Assembly (NCBI GenBank): GCA_964621005.1
Contig: CAZUIF010000007.1
Span: 89,955-153,954 of the forward strand
Length of the DNA stretch: 64,000 bases
Direction of reading: 5' to 3'
From: an uncultured Rikenella sp.
Lineage (GTDB): Bacteria; Bacteroidota; Bacteroidia; Bacteroidales; VadinHA17
Position 1 is the first letter of the stretch, and each line of letters starts with the position of its first letter. Below the pieces are notes generated by a model that was not told the origin of the DNA, ran no database searches, and worked only from the letters and a program-made list of their open reading frames with translations. The position numbers and the translations under genes are program-made. This document shows positions 26,329-35,246 of this stretch, piece by piece.

Positions 26329-28017
26329 TTACCATCCCGGATTTTGTTGCAGTGCGGGATTTATAGAAGTCACGCTGTACGGATAGGGGAACCATTCGTG
26401 TTTATTTGCCACGAAGCCACATTGTTTACCTTCATTAGGTTCCGAATAAGTGACATATCCTCTGTGGGCAGCTTCTCCGTCAACGAAGAAGGCATCTTTG
26501 AGTGAAGGAATATGCTTTCCTGCATTCTTTGCTTTATCAAGTTCACCCCAACGTTTCATGTCTATCCAGCGTGAACCTTCACACCACAACTCATAGTTTC
26601 TTTCCTTCTTGACTTCATCCATAGTCAGTGAAGTACTCACATGTGCTGATCCTGCACGTTGCTGAACCTTCTGGAGATACTGAAGACCGTCGGCATCACT
26701 TGTCTGGGCGCAAGCCTCGGCGTACAGCAGAAGAACGTCTGCATATCTTGCAACAATGAAGTTATTATACCTGTATGAGAAAGTTGTCAGTACGTCTGCA
26801 GGAGTTGCGATATGCTTTTTCTGAAGGTAACTGCACTGTCCGTAAAGGCCGGCTACATTGTTGATACCCCTCAGGGGATCCGCGAGTTTTTGTGCTTCGG
26901 TCAGATTATTAATGTTTCCGCCATCGCTTGGCCATTCAAGTTCTGTAAGGAACTCCTTGTAATTTATCATAGTGGCTTTGCGGCGAAATGAATTTCCGTC
27001 ATTTGCAAAGAACTCATCGGCGAAGGAGTCTTCAATTGCAAGACCGCCCCATCCCTGTGCAGCCATGTATTTCGGCTGGGCTGCCATACGGGAAGTCCTC
27101 CATCCCCAGATATTCATTTCCATCCAGGTAGAGCGCTGGATTTTTCCACCCCAGTCACCGATAGCCGAATTGGCTGCAATATTCGACTCGAATATCTTCT
27201 CTTCGGAACCGTCACCGCCAATATGGAAAATATCGGCCCATTCCTCACCGGGAACAAGGTCATATTTACCTGAAGTAATCACATTCTTGAGAGCAATTTT
27301 TGCGTTTGCGTAGTCACCCTTGTATATGAGAGCCTTTCCCTGAACTGTCCAGGCAAAGCCCTTGGTAATTTTCACTGCACCGTCCTTATCTGCTTTGCTG
27401 GCGCGTTCGTCAAGGTACCCGACAGCATCTGCACACTCATCTGCACACCACTGGAGAAGAGCCTCATGACCGCCCTCAAAATTTGTGGGTTTGTCTGATC
27501 CCTGAAGGACGTGATCAACAAGAGGAGGGTTACCCCAGGCCATTGCAGCCATCATATGACACCATGCGCGCATTACTCTTGCTTCAGAAATACAGCGGTC
27601 TTTTACAGCGCTTTCACCGTATTTAAAATTGTCTATAACAAGGTTGCATCGATAGATAACATAGTAGAAATGGTTATAAGCCAGCCTGATAACCGGGCTC
27701 TGTGAATCAAAACGGAATTCATTGATGGCGGCAACCATGTCATTGTCTCCGTAGAATTCTCCTGCTGCCAGGATGTTATCTGCGGGGTAGTTGAAAAGGA
27801 TGTTCAGGGGAACGTAGATATAGGCACCTTCCCAGCTCGCGATTTGTGTGGCAAACTGAGCATACATTGCGACTACTGCAGATTCAGCATCTGCATCAGT
27901 CTTATAGAAAGAATCTATACTGATTACACCCTTCTGTGGAATATCAAGCCTGTCCTCACTACATGCAGTGAAAAGCAGCACTAATAGCAAGGTTATTATG
28001 TATTTATTCTTTTTCAT
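26329..28017 (-). CDS. SusD/RagB-family nutrient-binding outer-membrane lipoprotein
   Basis: 562-aa ORF. The N-terminus is MKKNKYIITLLLVLLFTACSEDRLDIPQKGV (lipobox). It has SusD-like TPR-rich composition and the ending ...INPALQQNPGW. It lies 17 nt downstream of a SusC 3' stub. Confidence 0.88.
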   Translation of the reverse strand: MKKNKYIITLLLVLLFTACSEDRLDIPQKGVISIDSFYKTDADAESAVVAMYAQFATQIASWEGAYIYVPLNILFNYPADNILAAGEFYGDNDMVAAINEFRFDSQSPVIRLAYNHFYYVIYRCNLVIDNFKYGESAVKDRCISEARVMRAWCHMMAAMAWGNPPLVDHVLQGSDKPTNFEGGHEALLQWCADECADAVGYLDERASKADKDGAVKITKGFAWTVQGKALIYKGDYANAKIALKNVITSGKYDLVPGEEWADIFHIGGDGSEEKIFESNIAANSAIGDWGGKIQRSTWMEMNIWGWRTSRMAAQPKYMAAQGWGGLAIEDSFADEFFANDGNSFRRKATMINYKEFLTELEWPSDGGNINNLTEAQKLADPLRGINNVAGLYGQCSYLQKKHIATPADVLTTFSYRYNNFIVARYADVLLLYAEACAQTSDADGLQYLQKVQQRAGSAHVSTSLTMDEVKKERNYELWCEGSRWIDMKRWGELDKAKNAGKHIPSLKDAFFVDGEAAHRGYVTYSEPNEGKQCGFVANKHEWFPYPYSVTSINPALQQNPGW

Positions 28018-28034
28018 AATGTTTCAGTATTAAA

Positions 28035-28169
28035 TTAGAATGTAATATTCAAACCGAAAATAACCTTTTTGGATTGAGGATATGTCCCGTTGTCATAACC
28101 TGCAGCCGAAGCACTGTTGTTGGAAGCAGTAGCTGTTTCAGGATCAGCTCCGGGATAGTTTGAGAAGGT
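28035..28169 (-). pseudogene. 3'-terminal stub (44 codons plus stop) of a SusC-family TonB-dependent receptor, truncated by IS21
   Basis: The reverse translation is TFSNYPGADPETATASNNSASAAGYDNGTYPQSKKVIFGLNITF*, the canonical SusC C-terminal beta-strand ending in F. The frame stops abruptly at the IS end (28170). Confidence 0.8.
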
Positions 28170-28341
28170 TGCAAAAAACGGTCAAATTTACCACCTGACG
28201 CCGGACTAAACTGACCACCCTGCGCCGGGGCAAATTGACCACCTTTCGCCGGAGCAAACTGACCACTTTTTAAAGAGCTCTTCTCATGTTTAGAAATGAG
28301 CCTTGATCTTTGCTGTTTTACTAACGATTAACAGCGGGACA

Positions 28342-29886
28342 ATGGCCAATAAAAAGACAGACATGAGCAAGCTAAGACAGATTTTGCGACTTTACTCCCA
28401 GGGGGAGAAAAAGCTGAAGATCAGTACCCTGACCGGGGTGTCGCGCAACACATTAAAGAAATACCTCAGGATATATCAGGGGCTTGGCCTGAGCATAAAG
28501 GACATTGAGGCGCTCAGCGATAAGGACCTGGACGAGATGTTTGGCGAGAGCCTGAAGCCTGAGCCAGGTGATAAGTACAAGACCCTTGAGGCCATGTTCC
28601 CTGTTATTGAGAAGGAGCTCAAACGCCGGGGCATTACCAGGCAGATACTATGGTCAAGGTACATAACCGCCCATCCTGATGGCTACAAGTTGTCGCAGTT
28701 CAAACATTATTACCATCAGTGGATAAAGCGCAGCAAGCCGGTAATGCATATAGAGCATACGGCCGGAGATAAGATGTATATTGACTTTGCCGGCGAGAAG
28801 CTCCAAATAGTTAACTCTGAGACCGGGGAGATAACCGAAGTAGAAGTATTTATTGCGGTGCTTGGCGCCAGTCAGCTGACCTATATTGAAGCAGTGCCCA
28901 GTCAATGCAAGGAAGACCTTATCACCTGTTGTATCCATACCCTAGTTTATTACGGTGGCGTTCCCATGGCAATAGTCCCTGATAATCTCAAGAGTGCAGT
29001 AACCAAAAGTTCACCGTATGAGCCAACGCTCAACCAGGCCTTTGAGAACTTTGCCCTTCACTACAGCACGACCATCCTTCCTGCAAGAAGCTATAAACCC
29101 AAGGACAAGTCATTGGTTGAAGGGGCCGTGCGGATAACCTACCGTCGTATTTACTCAATCCTTGATCGCAAGACCTTCCACAGCCTTGAAGAGTTGAACG
29201 CAGCCCTGCTTGTTGCATTAGAACAGTATAATAGCATCAAACTGACGGGCCGCCCCTACAGCCGCCGTGATCTTTTTGAAGATATAGAAAGGGCTGTGCT
29301 CACTCCGCTTCCTGCCTTGCCATACGAGTTTAAGCGTCAGCAATACTCTACGGTAGCGGTCAACGGCCACACCTGTCTTAAGGAGGATAAACATTACTAC
29401 AGCGTGCCTTACGGATATATCGGAAAGAAGGTCAAGGTCATGTACTCCGCCACCCAGGTGGAGATCTATTACAACTATGTTCTGATAGCCACTCACCAAC
29501 GCGATCGCAGACCTTATGGATATACAACCAATCCCGATCACCTGGCAAGCACACACAGGTATCTCACCGAGTGGAACCCGGATAGATTTATTAAGTGGGG
29601 AGAGTCTATTGATCCTTCAGTGAAGGCGTTCATTACAGGACTGATGGACAGTAAGTCACATCCCGAGCAGGCATACAAGGCCTGTCAGGGTGTTCTTGGC
29701 TTTGAGCGCAAGGTCGGCAGAGAAAGACTTATCAATGCTTGTCGCCGGGCCATTGAATATGAGAACTACTCCTATGGGGCCATTAAAACAATCCTTGAGA
29801 ACAAATATGACATAATCACTTACGCGGAGATCACCGCCGATATCCCTAACCACGAAAACATCCGTGGTGAACAATATTATCAATAA
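28342..29886 (+). CDS. istA: IS21-family transposase IstA
   Basis: The N-terminal HTH reads MSKLRQILRLYSQGEKKLKISTLTGVSRNTLKKYL, and a DDE integrase-core region follows (IDFAGEKL...). The ORF-track frame opens at 28303, and I prefer the ATG at 28342 (MANKK...). Confidence 0.88.
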   Translation: MANKKTDMSKLRQILRLYSQGEKKLKISTLTGVSRNTLKKYLRIYQGLGLSIKDIEALSDKDLDEMFGESLKPEPGDKYKTLEAMFPVIEKELKRRGITRQILWSRYITAHPDGYKLSQFKHYYHQWIKRSKPVMHIEHTAGDKMYIDFAGEKLQIVNSETGEITEVEVFIAVLGASQLTYIEAVPSQCKEDLITCCIHTLVYYGGVPMAIVPDNLKSAVTKSSPYEPTLNQAFENFALHYSTTILPARSYKPKDKSLVEGAVRITYRRIYSILDRKTFHSLEELNAALLVALEQYNSIKLTGRPYSRRDLFEDIERAVLTPLPALPYEFKRQQYSTVAVNGHTCLKEDKHYYSVPYGYIGKKVKVMYSATQVEIYYNYVLIATHQRDRRPYGYTTNPDHLASTHRYLTEWNPDRFIKWGESIDPSVKAFITGLMDSKSHPEQAYKACQGVLGFERKVGRERLINACRRAIEYENYSYGAIKTILENKYDIITYAEITADIPNHENIRGEQYYQ

Positions 29887-29912
29887 TTACCCAGATAAAT
29901 ACTATACAAACG

Positions 29913-30665
29913 ATGACAAAAGAGACGCTTGAAAAGATCAAAAAGCTCAAACTGTGGGGCATGGCAAGAACCTATGAAACAAGTCTTGAGAATGAGAAGC
30001 TGCTTGCATTATCAGCTGATGAGCTGATAGGCATGCTTGTTGAAGCAGAGTGGGATGACCGGCAGATGCGCAACCTTGAGCGAAGGCTGCGCAATGCCCG
30101 GTTCCGATACCAGTCTTCAATTGAAAGTATTGATTACTCCGCTGACCGCAACCTGGACCGGGGACAACTGCTGCGCTTTGCCGAATGTGGCTTTATCGGC
30201 AAACATGAGAATATTATCATTACAGGCAGCACCGGAATAGGTAAAAGCTACATTGCCACAGCGCTTGGCTATCAAGCCTGTACACTTGGCTTCAAAGTCT
30301 ATTATGCCAACCTTGGAAAGCTCTTCTCAAGGCTTAAGATGGGTAAGGCTGACGGATCCTATCTGAAAGAAATATCTAAGATAGAAAGGCAGGATCTTCT
30401 CATAATAGACGACTTCGGTCTGCTTCCCATCGACAGCGCCAACCGCTCAGCCCTGATGGAAATAGTCGAAGACCGTCATAAAAGAGCCTCAATGATAATA
30501 ACATCACAACTTCCGGTTAACTGCTGGCATGAAGTAATCGGAGAAAAAACAGTAGCCGATGCCATACTTGATCGGATCGTGCATGACGCTCACCGTATAG
30601 AGCTCCGCGGGGAATCTATGAGAAAGGTCCGCGAAAAACAGAAAAATATGGAGATAATGAACTAA
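29913..30665 (+). CDS. istB: IS21-family helper ATPase IstB
   Basis: 250-aa ORF with Walker A GSTGIGKSYIATALG and Walker B LLIIDDFGL. Confidence 0.9.
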   Translation: MTKETLEKIKKLKLWGMARTYETSLENEKLLALSADELIGMLVEAEWDDRQMRNLERRLRNARFRYQSSIESIDYSADRNLDRGQLLRFAECGFIGKHENIIITGSTGIGKSYIATALGYQACTLGFKVYYANLGKLFSRLKMGKADGSYLKEISKIERQDLLIIDDFGLLPIDSANRSALMEIVEDRHKRASMIITSQLPVNCWHEVIGEKTVADAILDRIVHDAHRIELRGESMRKVREKQKNMEIMN

Positions 30666-30758
30666 AAAAGATAAATTTGTTTAACCACTTTCTACCGTGA
30701 GAAAGCTCTCTTTAAAAGACCAACTCTGATGTGGTCAATTTACTCCGGCGCAATGTGG

Positions 30759-31931
30759 TCAGATTATCCGGCGTATGCAATCAAGAGTAACCTGAATACT
30801 GGCGTTTCCCAGAATCCTGCTTAAAACTCCGATATTCATACCATTCGCCAATCCGATTGTGCAAGCGAATGTTTTTCGAGCAAGATGTGAAACCAACGGT
30901 TTATCACTTGGAATCTCTGCCATATCTCCAATTTCCTTCAGGTATGCGTTGTATTTCACATTCGATGGGACTGGCAAGCATTTCCCTTTTTTAAGGCAGG
31001 TAGGATGGGTTTTATATCTCTCCAATATTGCCAGAGGTATGGGTAGGAGAGGAACTTGGTAATCCTTATCCGTTTTCTTCCTGTGGATGTTTAACCAAAG
31101 GTCTCCATCCATACCTGTTGTAACATTATCAGGTGTAAGGGATTCAACTTCAGCATAGGCGAGTCCGGTGTAACAGCAGAAGATAAAAATGTCACGTATG
31201 GTATTCAACCTTGGTACTTTGAAGTCCTTTTTTTCAATGCGGTCAATCTCTTCCTGTGTGAGATATTGTATTTTCTTTTTCGGCTGCCGGATTTTATAGT
31301 TCTCAAATGGGTACTTGTCAATATAACCTCTATGCATTGCCTGATGGATAATTCGGGTAAGACGTTGGTAGTGCTTATAACAAGTGGTTGTCGAATTGTC
31401 ATATTTATGTCGCAGGAATGTTTCAAACTCGCTTATGAAGTAATAATTAAGTTCGTACAGAAAAATATCAGAACGTTTATACTTGGATTTCAGAAACTGT
31501 TTCAAGCGAAGAACAGTATTCTTGTATTTTATAATTGTTGTTGGGGCATAGCTTTTACCACGAAGTTTCTGCATTTCAGAAATCTGTTCATCACAGATAC
31601 GCATCAAGGTAATCTGGGTTGTTTCATTGCCTTCAAGCATCTTTTTAATGGTGTTGATGTTGAATGGTTTCCCAAGGACGGTAAGTTGATTTACAATCTG
31701 AAGAACCTTCAATTTTATGGAGTCCATTTGAGCGTTCTGTGCGAATACTTCTGCGGTTGCACCCCTTATACGCATTGCCTTTTTATCCCACTCATGGACT
31801 CGAACCTGAATGCCTGTACTCATGGTAAAATGGTCATAATCGTAAGCTACCCTCATGTAGATGGGTATAAGATTTAGTGAATTTTTCTTGGCTTTATACA
31901 GCCAGAAAGTGACTTTAACATTGCTTTCCAT
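30759..31931 (-). CDS. Bacteroidota-type tyrosine site-specific integrase, 3'-truncated by the IS21 end (probably inactive)
   Basis: 390-aa ORF with an N-terminal Arm/SAM-like region. The catalytic region shows TGLAYAEV and HLARKTFA (HxxR), then LGNASIQVTLD. The native sequence stops exactly at the IS boundary (30779/30780), and the ORF ends CIRRII* encoded by IS DNA. No Tyr follows where the ...TQIY catalytic Tyr is expected. The region is visibly more AT-rich than its surroundings. Confidence 0.8.
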   Translation of the reverse strand: MESNVKVTFWLYKAKKNSLNLIPIYMRVAYDYDHFTMSTGIQVRVHEWDKKAMRIRGATAEVFAQNAQMDSIKLKVLQIVNQLTVLGKPFNINTIKKMLEGNETTQITLMRICDEQISEMQKLRGKSYAPTTIIKYKNTVLRLKQFLKSKYKRSDIFLYELNYYFISEFETFLRHKYDNSTTTCYKHYQRLTRIIHQAMHRGYIDKYPFENYKIRQPKKKIQYLTQEEIDRIEKKDFKVPRLNTIRDIFIFCCYTGLAYAEVESLTPDNVTTGMDGDLWLNIHRKKTDKDYQVPLLPIPLAILERYKTHPTCLKKGKCLPVPSNVKYNAYLKEIGDMAEIPSDKPLVSHLARKTFACTIGLANGMNIGVLSRILGNASIQVTLDCIRRII

Positions 31932-32226
31932 AGTAAAAACTGTTAAAAATGACTACTTCTGAAAGCAAGGCAGGATGGAGATTTGCGAGTTCCGATTGGA
32001 AAATTCTTATACCAATTGGGGTAGAAGAAAAGTATGGTGTAACAATTTTCTAATTTTTCAACCCATTTTTCGCAGTCCGGGTTGAAGTGGTAAGATTTCG
32101 AACCACTGTGGTAAAGATTGATTATTAGTGTGTTGCGCAGGTGTAATTATTCGTTTGCCCAGTATATGTACGCTTGCGTTGCATGCAGTAGCGGAAACGA
32201 TGGATATACCTGCGCTACATGAAGGC

Positions 32227-32259
32227 ATAAAAAAGACTCTAACTGCTTGGGTTAGAGTC
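32227..32259 (-). terminator. Rho-independent terminator of ssrA
   Basis: The stem is GACTCTAAC (32235-32243) / GTTAGAGTC (32251-32259) with a 7-nt loop, followed on the minus strand by TTTTTTAT. It lies immediately 3' of the tmRNA acceptor end. Confidence 0.6.
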
Positions 32260-32264
32260 CTTTG

Positions 32265-32660
32265 TGGAGCTGGCGGGAGTCGAACCCGCGTCCAGGCAAG
32301 GCAGCCATATGCTTTCTACATGCTTATCCTGCCTTGATTGTCGGGAGTGATGAGGTGACAGGCAACCGGATCACTCCTTATCTCCTTTGATTTCACCGTC
32401 AGGCCGGAGAGACCATCAGGCTATCCCTGAGTTGCGTGCGCTTCCTTATCGGGTTGGTACAGGGCCTCACCGCCCGGGAAACGTCTCGTCCCAGCACCTT
32501 GTGCCGGGATTAAGCTTAATCTGCCAATCAGCAGGTTATGCAGCAAGAGCGTAGTTAGACTCGCCAGTTGTTGTTTTGAGACACAAGTTAAAGAGATGCG
32601 TCCCCCCACTCTGCATGCTTACATACCACCGCGGCTTGCTGTCAAAACCAGGTCAGCCCC
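32265..32660 (-). ncRNA. ssrA: tmRNA (SsrA)
   Basis: On the minus strand the 5' end is GGGGCTGACCTGGTTTTGACAGC... and the 3' end is ...GCGGGTTCGACTCCCGCCAGCTCCA (tRNA-Ala-like acceptor and T-arm with G:U at position 3). The internal tag reading frame GGC GAG TCT AAC TAC GCT CTT GCT GCA TAA gives GESNYALAA* (32536-32565), matching the Bacteroidales GE(T/N)NYALAA tags. The CCA is not fully encoded. Confidence 0.93.
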
Positions 32661-32679
32661 GTTGATAGTAATAACAACG

Positions 32680-32687
32680 CAAAATTA
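32680..32687 (-). promoter_or_regulatory. Candidate -7 promoter box for ssrA (TAATTTTG on the minus strand)
   Basis: The plus strand reads CAAAATTA, 20-27 nt upstream of the mature tmRNA 5' end. Confidence 0.4.
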
Positions 32688-32771
32688 CTCATTTATGCGT
32701 TGCCCTGACAAAAGTTCTCGCAAAAATCGGGCCGATTTCTTATCTTCACCGCAATACTAAAAATATCTGAC

Positions 32772-34007
32772 ATGGAAAAGCGAGTGAAGGTAGGACTCAT
32801 CCGTGAGACCAAAATTCCCCCTGACAGGCGAGTGCCGCTGACCCCTTCACAGGTGGTTGAACTGCGGGATAAGTATCCAAACGTGGAATTCTTTGTCCAG
32901 CCCTCAGACATCAGGTGCTACACCGATGACGAATACAAATACCTGAAGATCCCCCTTAGGGAGGATCTCAGCAACTGCGACATCCTCATGGGAGTCAAGG
33001 AGGTGGACAAAAGGGTCTTCATCCCCGGGAAAACCTATCTCTTCTTCGCCCATGTGGCAAAGAAGCAGGAACATAACCTTGAGATGCTCAGGGAGATCCT
33101 CCATCAGAACGTGAAGGTTATTGATTATGAATACCTGACCACCGACAAGGGACAGCGGGTTGTGGCCTTCGGCCGCTGGGCAGGGATAGTGGGCGCATAC
33201 AATGCTCTAAGGGCCAGGGGTATAAAGACAAACAGATTCAAACTGAAACCTGCCTACCAGTGCCATGACCTAAACGAAATGTGGGCCGGTCTCAGGCTTA
33301 TCCAGCTCAAACCCGGACTGAAGATTCTTGTCACAGGCGAAGGGCGTGTTGCAAACGGAGCCATGGAAACTCTGGCCAACTGCAGTAACCTCACGAGAGT
33401 CAGCCCGGAAGATTTCCTGACAAAGGAGTATGACATCCCGGTTGTCTGCCAGGTGGGGCCGCAGCACTATGTGAACCATTATGACGGCCGCCCGTTCGAC
33501 TTCAATACTTTTGTCCAGCATCCTGAAGACTTCCGCTCGGACTTTCTTAAGTATACGAAGGTAACGGATGTGCTCATTACAGGTCATTTCTGGGATCCGA
33601 AGTCGCCCGTTTTCTTTACAAAAGAGGATGTGGAAAAGCCTGATTTCAAAATTTCGGTCATAGGTGATATAAGCTGTGACATAGGCGGACCCATACCGAC
33701 CACACTGAGGGCCACCACAATTGCTGACCCGTTCTACAGCTACAACCGCAGGAAGCACTGCGAAGAAGAGGCTTTCAGCCATCCTGACAATATTACTGTA
33801 ATGTCGATAGACAACCTCCCCGGGGAGCTACCCCGAGATGCTTCGGGTGACTTCGGGAAGCAGCTGATTGACAATGTGCTGCATGATCTTTTCAACGGCC
33901 ATAATTCACCAATGATCCAGCGTGCCACAATCACGTCAGGCGGAAAGCTCGAACCGCAGTACCGCTACCTCTCAGGCTGGGTATGGCCCGAAGGCGAGAA
34001 GCCATGA
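32772..34007 (+). CDS. AlaDH/PNT-domain NAD(P)-dependent oxidoreductase (saccharopine dehydrogenase-like)
   Basis: 411-aa ORF. The N-terminus VGLIRETKIPPDRRVPLTPSQVVELRDKYP...DILMGVKEV resembles the alanine dehydrogenase/PNT N-domain. The central stretch ILVTGEGRVANGA is a Rossmann-like motif. The specific substrate is not determinable. Confidence 0.5.
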   Translation: MEKRVKVGLIRETKIPPDRRVPLTPSQVVELRDKYPNVEFFVQPSDIRCYTDDEYKYLKIPLREDLSNCDILMGVKEVDKRVFIPGKTYLFFAHVAKKQEHNLEMLREILHQNVKVIDYEYLTTDKGQRVVAFGRWAGIVGAYNALRARGIKTNRFKLKPAYQCHDLNEMWAGLRLIQLKPGLKILVTGEGRVANGAMETLANCSNLTRVSPEDFLTKEYDIPVVCQVGPQHYVNHYDGRPFDFNTFVQHPEDFRSDFLKYTKVTDVLITGHFWDPKSPVFFTKEDVEKPDFKISVIGDISCDIGGPIPTTLRATTIADPFYSYNRRKHCEEEAFSHPDNITVMSIDNLPGELPRDASGDFGKQLIDNVLHDLFNGHNSPMIQRATITSGGKLEPQYRYLSGWVWPEGEKP

Positions 34008-35149
34008 TGCGGATTGTCATCTGCGGCCCCGCTCACCCTTACCGCGGCGGGATAGCTGCATACAACGAAAGGCTTGCACAGCAGCTCCTCCAGGAAGGGG
34101 ATGCGGCAGCCATCTATACATTCAGGCTCCAGTATCCTTCTTTCCTTTTCCCGGGCAAGACTCAGTTTGACCACGGTTATGCGCCGGAAGGTGTCCCGAT
34201 CACCCGGGCCATCAACTCGGTCAATCCGCTGAACTGGTTCACCATCGGGCTTCGCCTGCGGCGAACAAGACCAGACCTTGTTATCATGCGCTACTGGCTT
34301 CCGTTCCTTGCCCCGGCTCTGGGTTTCATTGCGAGACTGGTGAGGAGCAACGGGTACACCAGGGTAATAACAATTTTTGACAACGTGGTGCCCCACGAAA
34401 AGCATTTCGGCGACCGGATACTGACAAAATTCTTCGTAAGGAGCATCGATGCCGGCCTGGTGATGACCAGGTCTGTTGAAAATGACCTCAGGCAGTTTTC
34501 TGCCGACATGCCATGTGTGATCTCGCCTCATCCGCTGTTTGACAATTACAGCGTACCTGTTTCAAGGGCCGAGGCTGTCGTGAAACTGAAGCTATGCCCG
34601 GCCGACAGGTTCATCCTCTTTTTCGGCTTTATCAGGGAATACAAGGGACTCGATCTGCTCCTGAGGGCCATGGCTGAGCAGTGCGTTCGCGACCTTGGCG
34701 TAAAACTGATTGTGGCCGGTGAATTCTATGAAGATGAAAAACCGTATTTTGACATGATTCACCGGCTTGAGATTGCAGATAAGATTACATTCCACTCACA
34801 CTTCATCAGTGACGATGAGGTAAAGTACTATTTTTCGGCAGCCTCGCTGGTGGTGCAGCCCTATCGCAGCGCCACCCAGAGCGGTGTTACACAGGTAGCC
34901 TATCATTTCAACAAGCCGATGATAGTTACCAACGTGGGTGGACTTGCGGAAATAGTACCTGACGGAGTGTGTGGATATGTCGTTGAACCGGAGCCTGCAG
35001 CCATTGCAGGGGCCATCTGCAGGTTCTTCAGCGGTGATGAACAAAGATTTACACCCGGCATTGAGGAGAAGAAGAAGGAATACTCCTGGGACAGGCTCAC
35101 CGAGGCATTGCGCAGTCTTGCAAGGGAGGTCCGGAAGAAAAGGCGGTAG
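34004..35149 (+). CDS. Glycosyltransferase family 4 (GT-B, group 1)
   Basis: The start is taken at the ATGA overlap with the upstream stop (MMRIVICGPAHPYRGGIA...). The C-terminal half reads LIVAGEFYEDE...VVQPYRSATQSGV...PMIVTNVGGLAEIV, the GT4 E-x7-E-like region. The ORF track gives an alternative start at 33983. Confidence 0.75.
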   Translation: MMRIVICGPAHPYRGGIAAYNERLAQQLLQEGDAAAIYTFRLQYPSFLFPGKTQFDHGYAPEGVPITRAINSVNPLNWFTIGLRLRRTRPDLVIMRYWLPFLAPALGFIARLVRSNGYTRVITIFDNVVPHEKHFGDRILTKFFVRSIDAGLVMTRSVENDLRQFSADMPCVISPHPLFDNYSVPVSRAEAVVKLKLCPADRFILFFGFIREYKGLDLLLRAMAEQCVRDLGVKLIVAGEFYEDEKPYFDMIHRLEIADKITFHSHFISDDEVKYYFSAASLVVQPYRSATQSGVTQVAYHFNKPMIVTNVGGLAEIVPDGVCGYVVEPEPAAIAGAICRFFSGDEQRFTPGIEEKKKEYSWDRLTEALRSLAREVRKKRR

Positions 35150-35246
35150 GCAGTAGGCATCAGGCATCAGTGAAGTCGCTGCCAATCATGCGGTTGCCTG
35201 ATGTATTGTCAACACTATTGCCTATTGCCTCTCGTCTACTGCCTGC
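35142..35246. repeat. Intergenic GGCAG/CTGCC-arm repeat element, copy C (short variant lacking the central module)
   Basis: GGCGGTAGGCAGTAGGCATCAGGCATCAGTGAAG...AATCAT...ATTGTCAACACTATTGCCT aligns base-for-base with the left two-thirds of copy B. The right arm is ATTGCCTCTCGTCTACTGCCTGC. The stop codons of both convergent flanking genes (TAG at 35147-35149; CTA at 35236-35238) lie inside the arms. Confidence 0.7.

Larger units (their letters stand above)
28170..30779 (+). mobile_element. IS21-family insertion sequence (istA + istB) with multi-repeat termini
   Basis: The ends are TGCA...TGCA. The left end carries about 4 direct copies of a CAAA(T/C)TGACCAC(C)-like motif separated by CGCCGG (28180-28268). 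The right end carries inverted copies (GTGGTCAATTTACTCCGGCG, GTGGTCAGATTATCCGGCG; 30731-30773). The element encloses IstA and IstB ORFs and is 2610 bp long. Confidence 0.88.

Noticed and set aside
28176-28270. An array of four roughly 20-nt direct repeats (…AAA(T/C)TGACCACC…CGCCGG…) that superficially resembles a short tandem or CRISPR-like array.
   Set aside because: Inverted copies of the same motif occur at the other end of the istA/istB unit. These are the multiple terminal repeats typical of IS21-family ends.
31266-31877. A 203-aa plus-strand ORF inside the integrase region.
   Set aside because: It is antisense to the integrase gene, is AT-rich and has no recognisable motif.
32075-32110. 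A TTCGAA-containing hairpin (AGTGGT-AAGATTTCGA-ACCACT) that looked like a tRNA/tmRNA T-arm remnant or att-site duplicate.
   Set aside because: The stem and loop geometry is wrong for a T-arm: a 10-nt loop, and the pairing partner is displaced by 5 nt. Similarity to the ssrA 3' end is limited to TCGAACC. The evidence is insufficient.
32128-32609. ORFs at 32128-32337 (+) and 32421-32609 (-).
   Set aside because: They lie across the tmRNA gene and its terminator, and the region is fully explained by ssrA.
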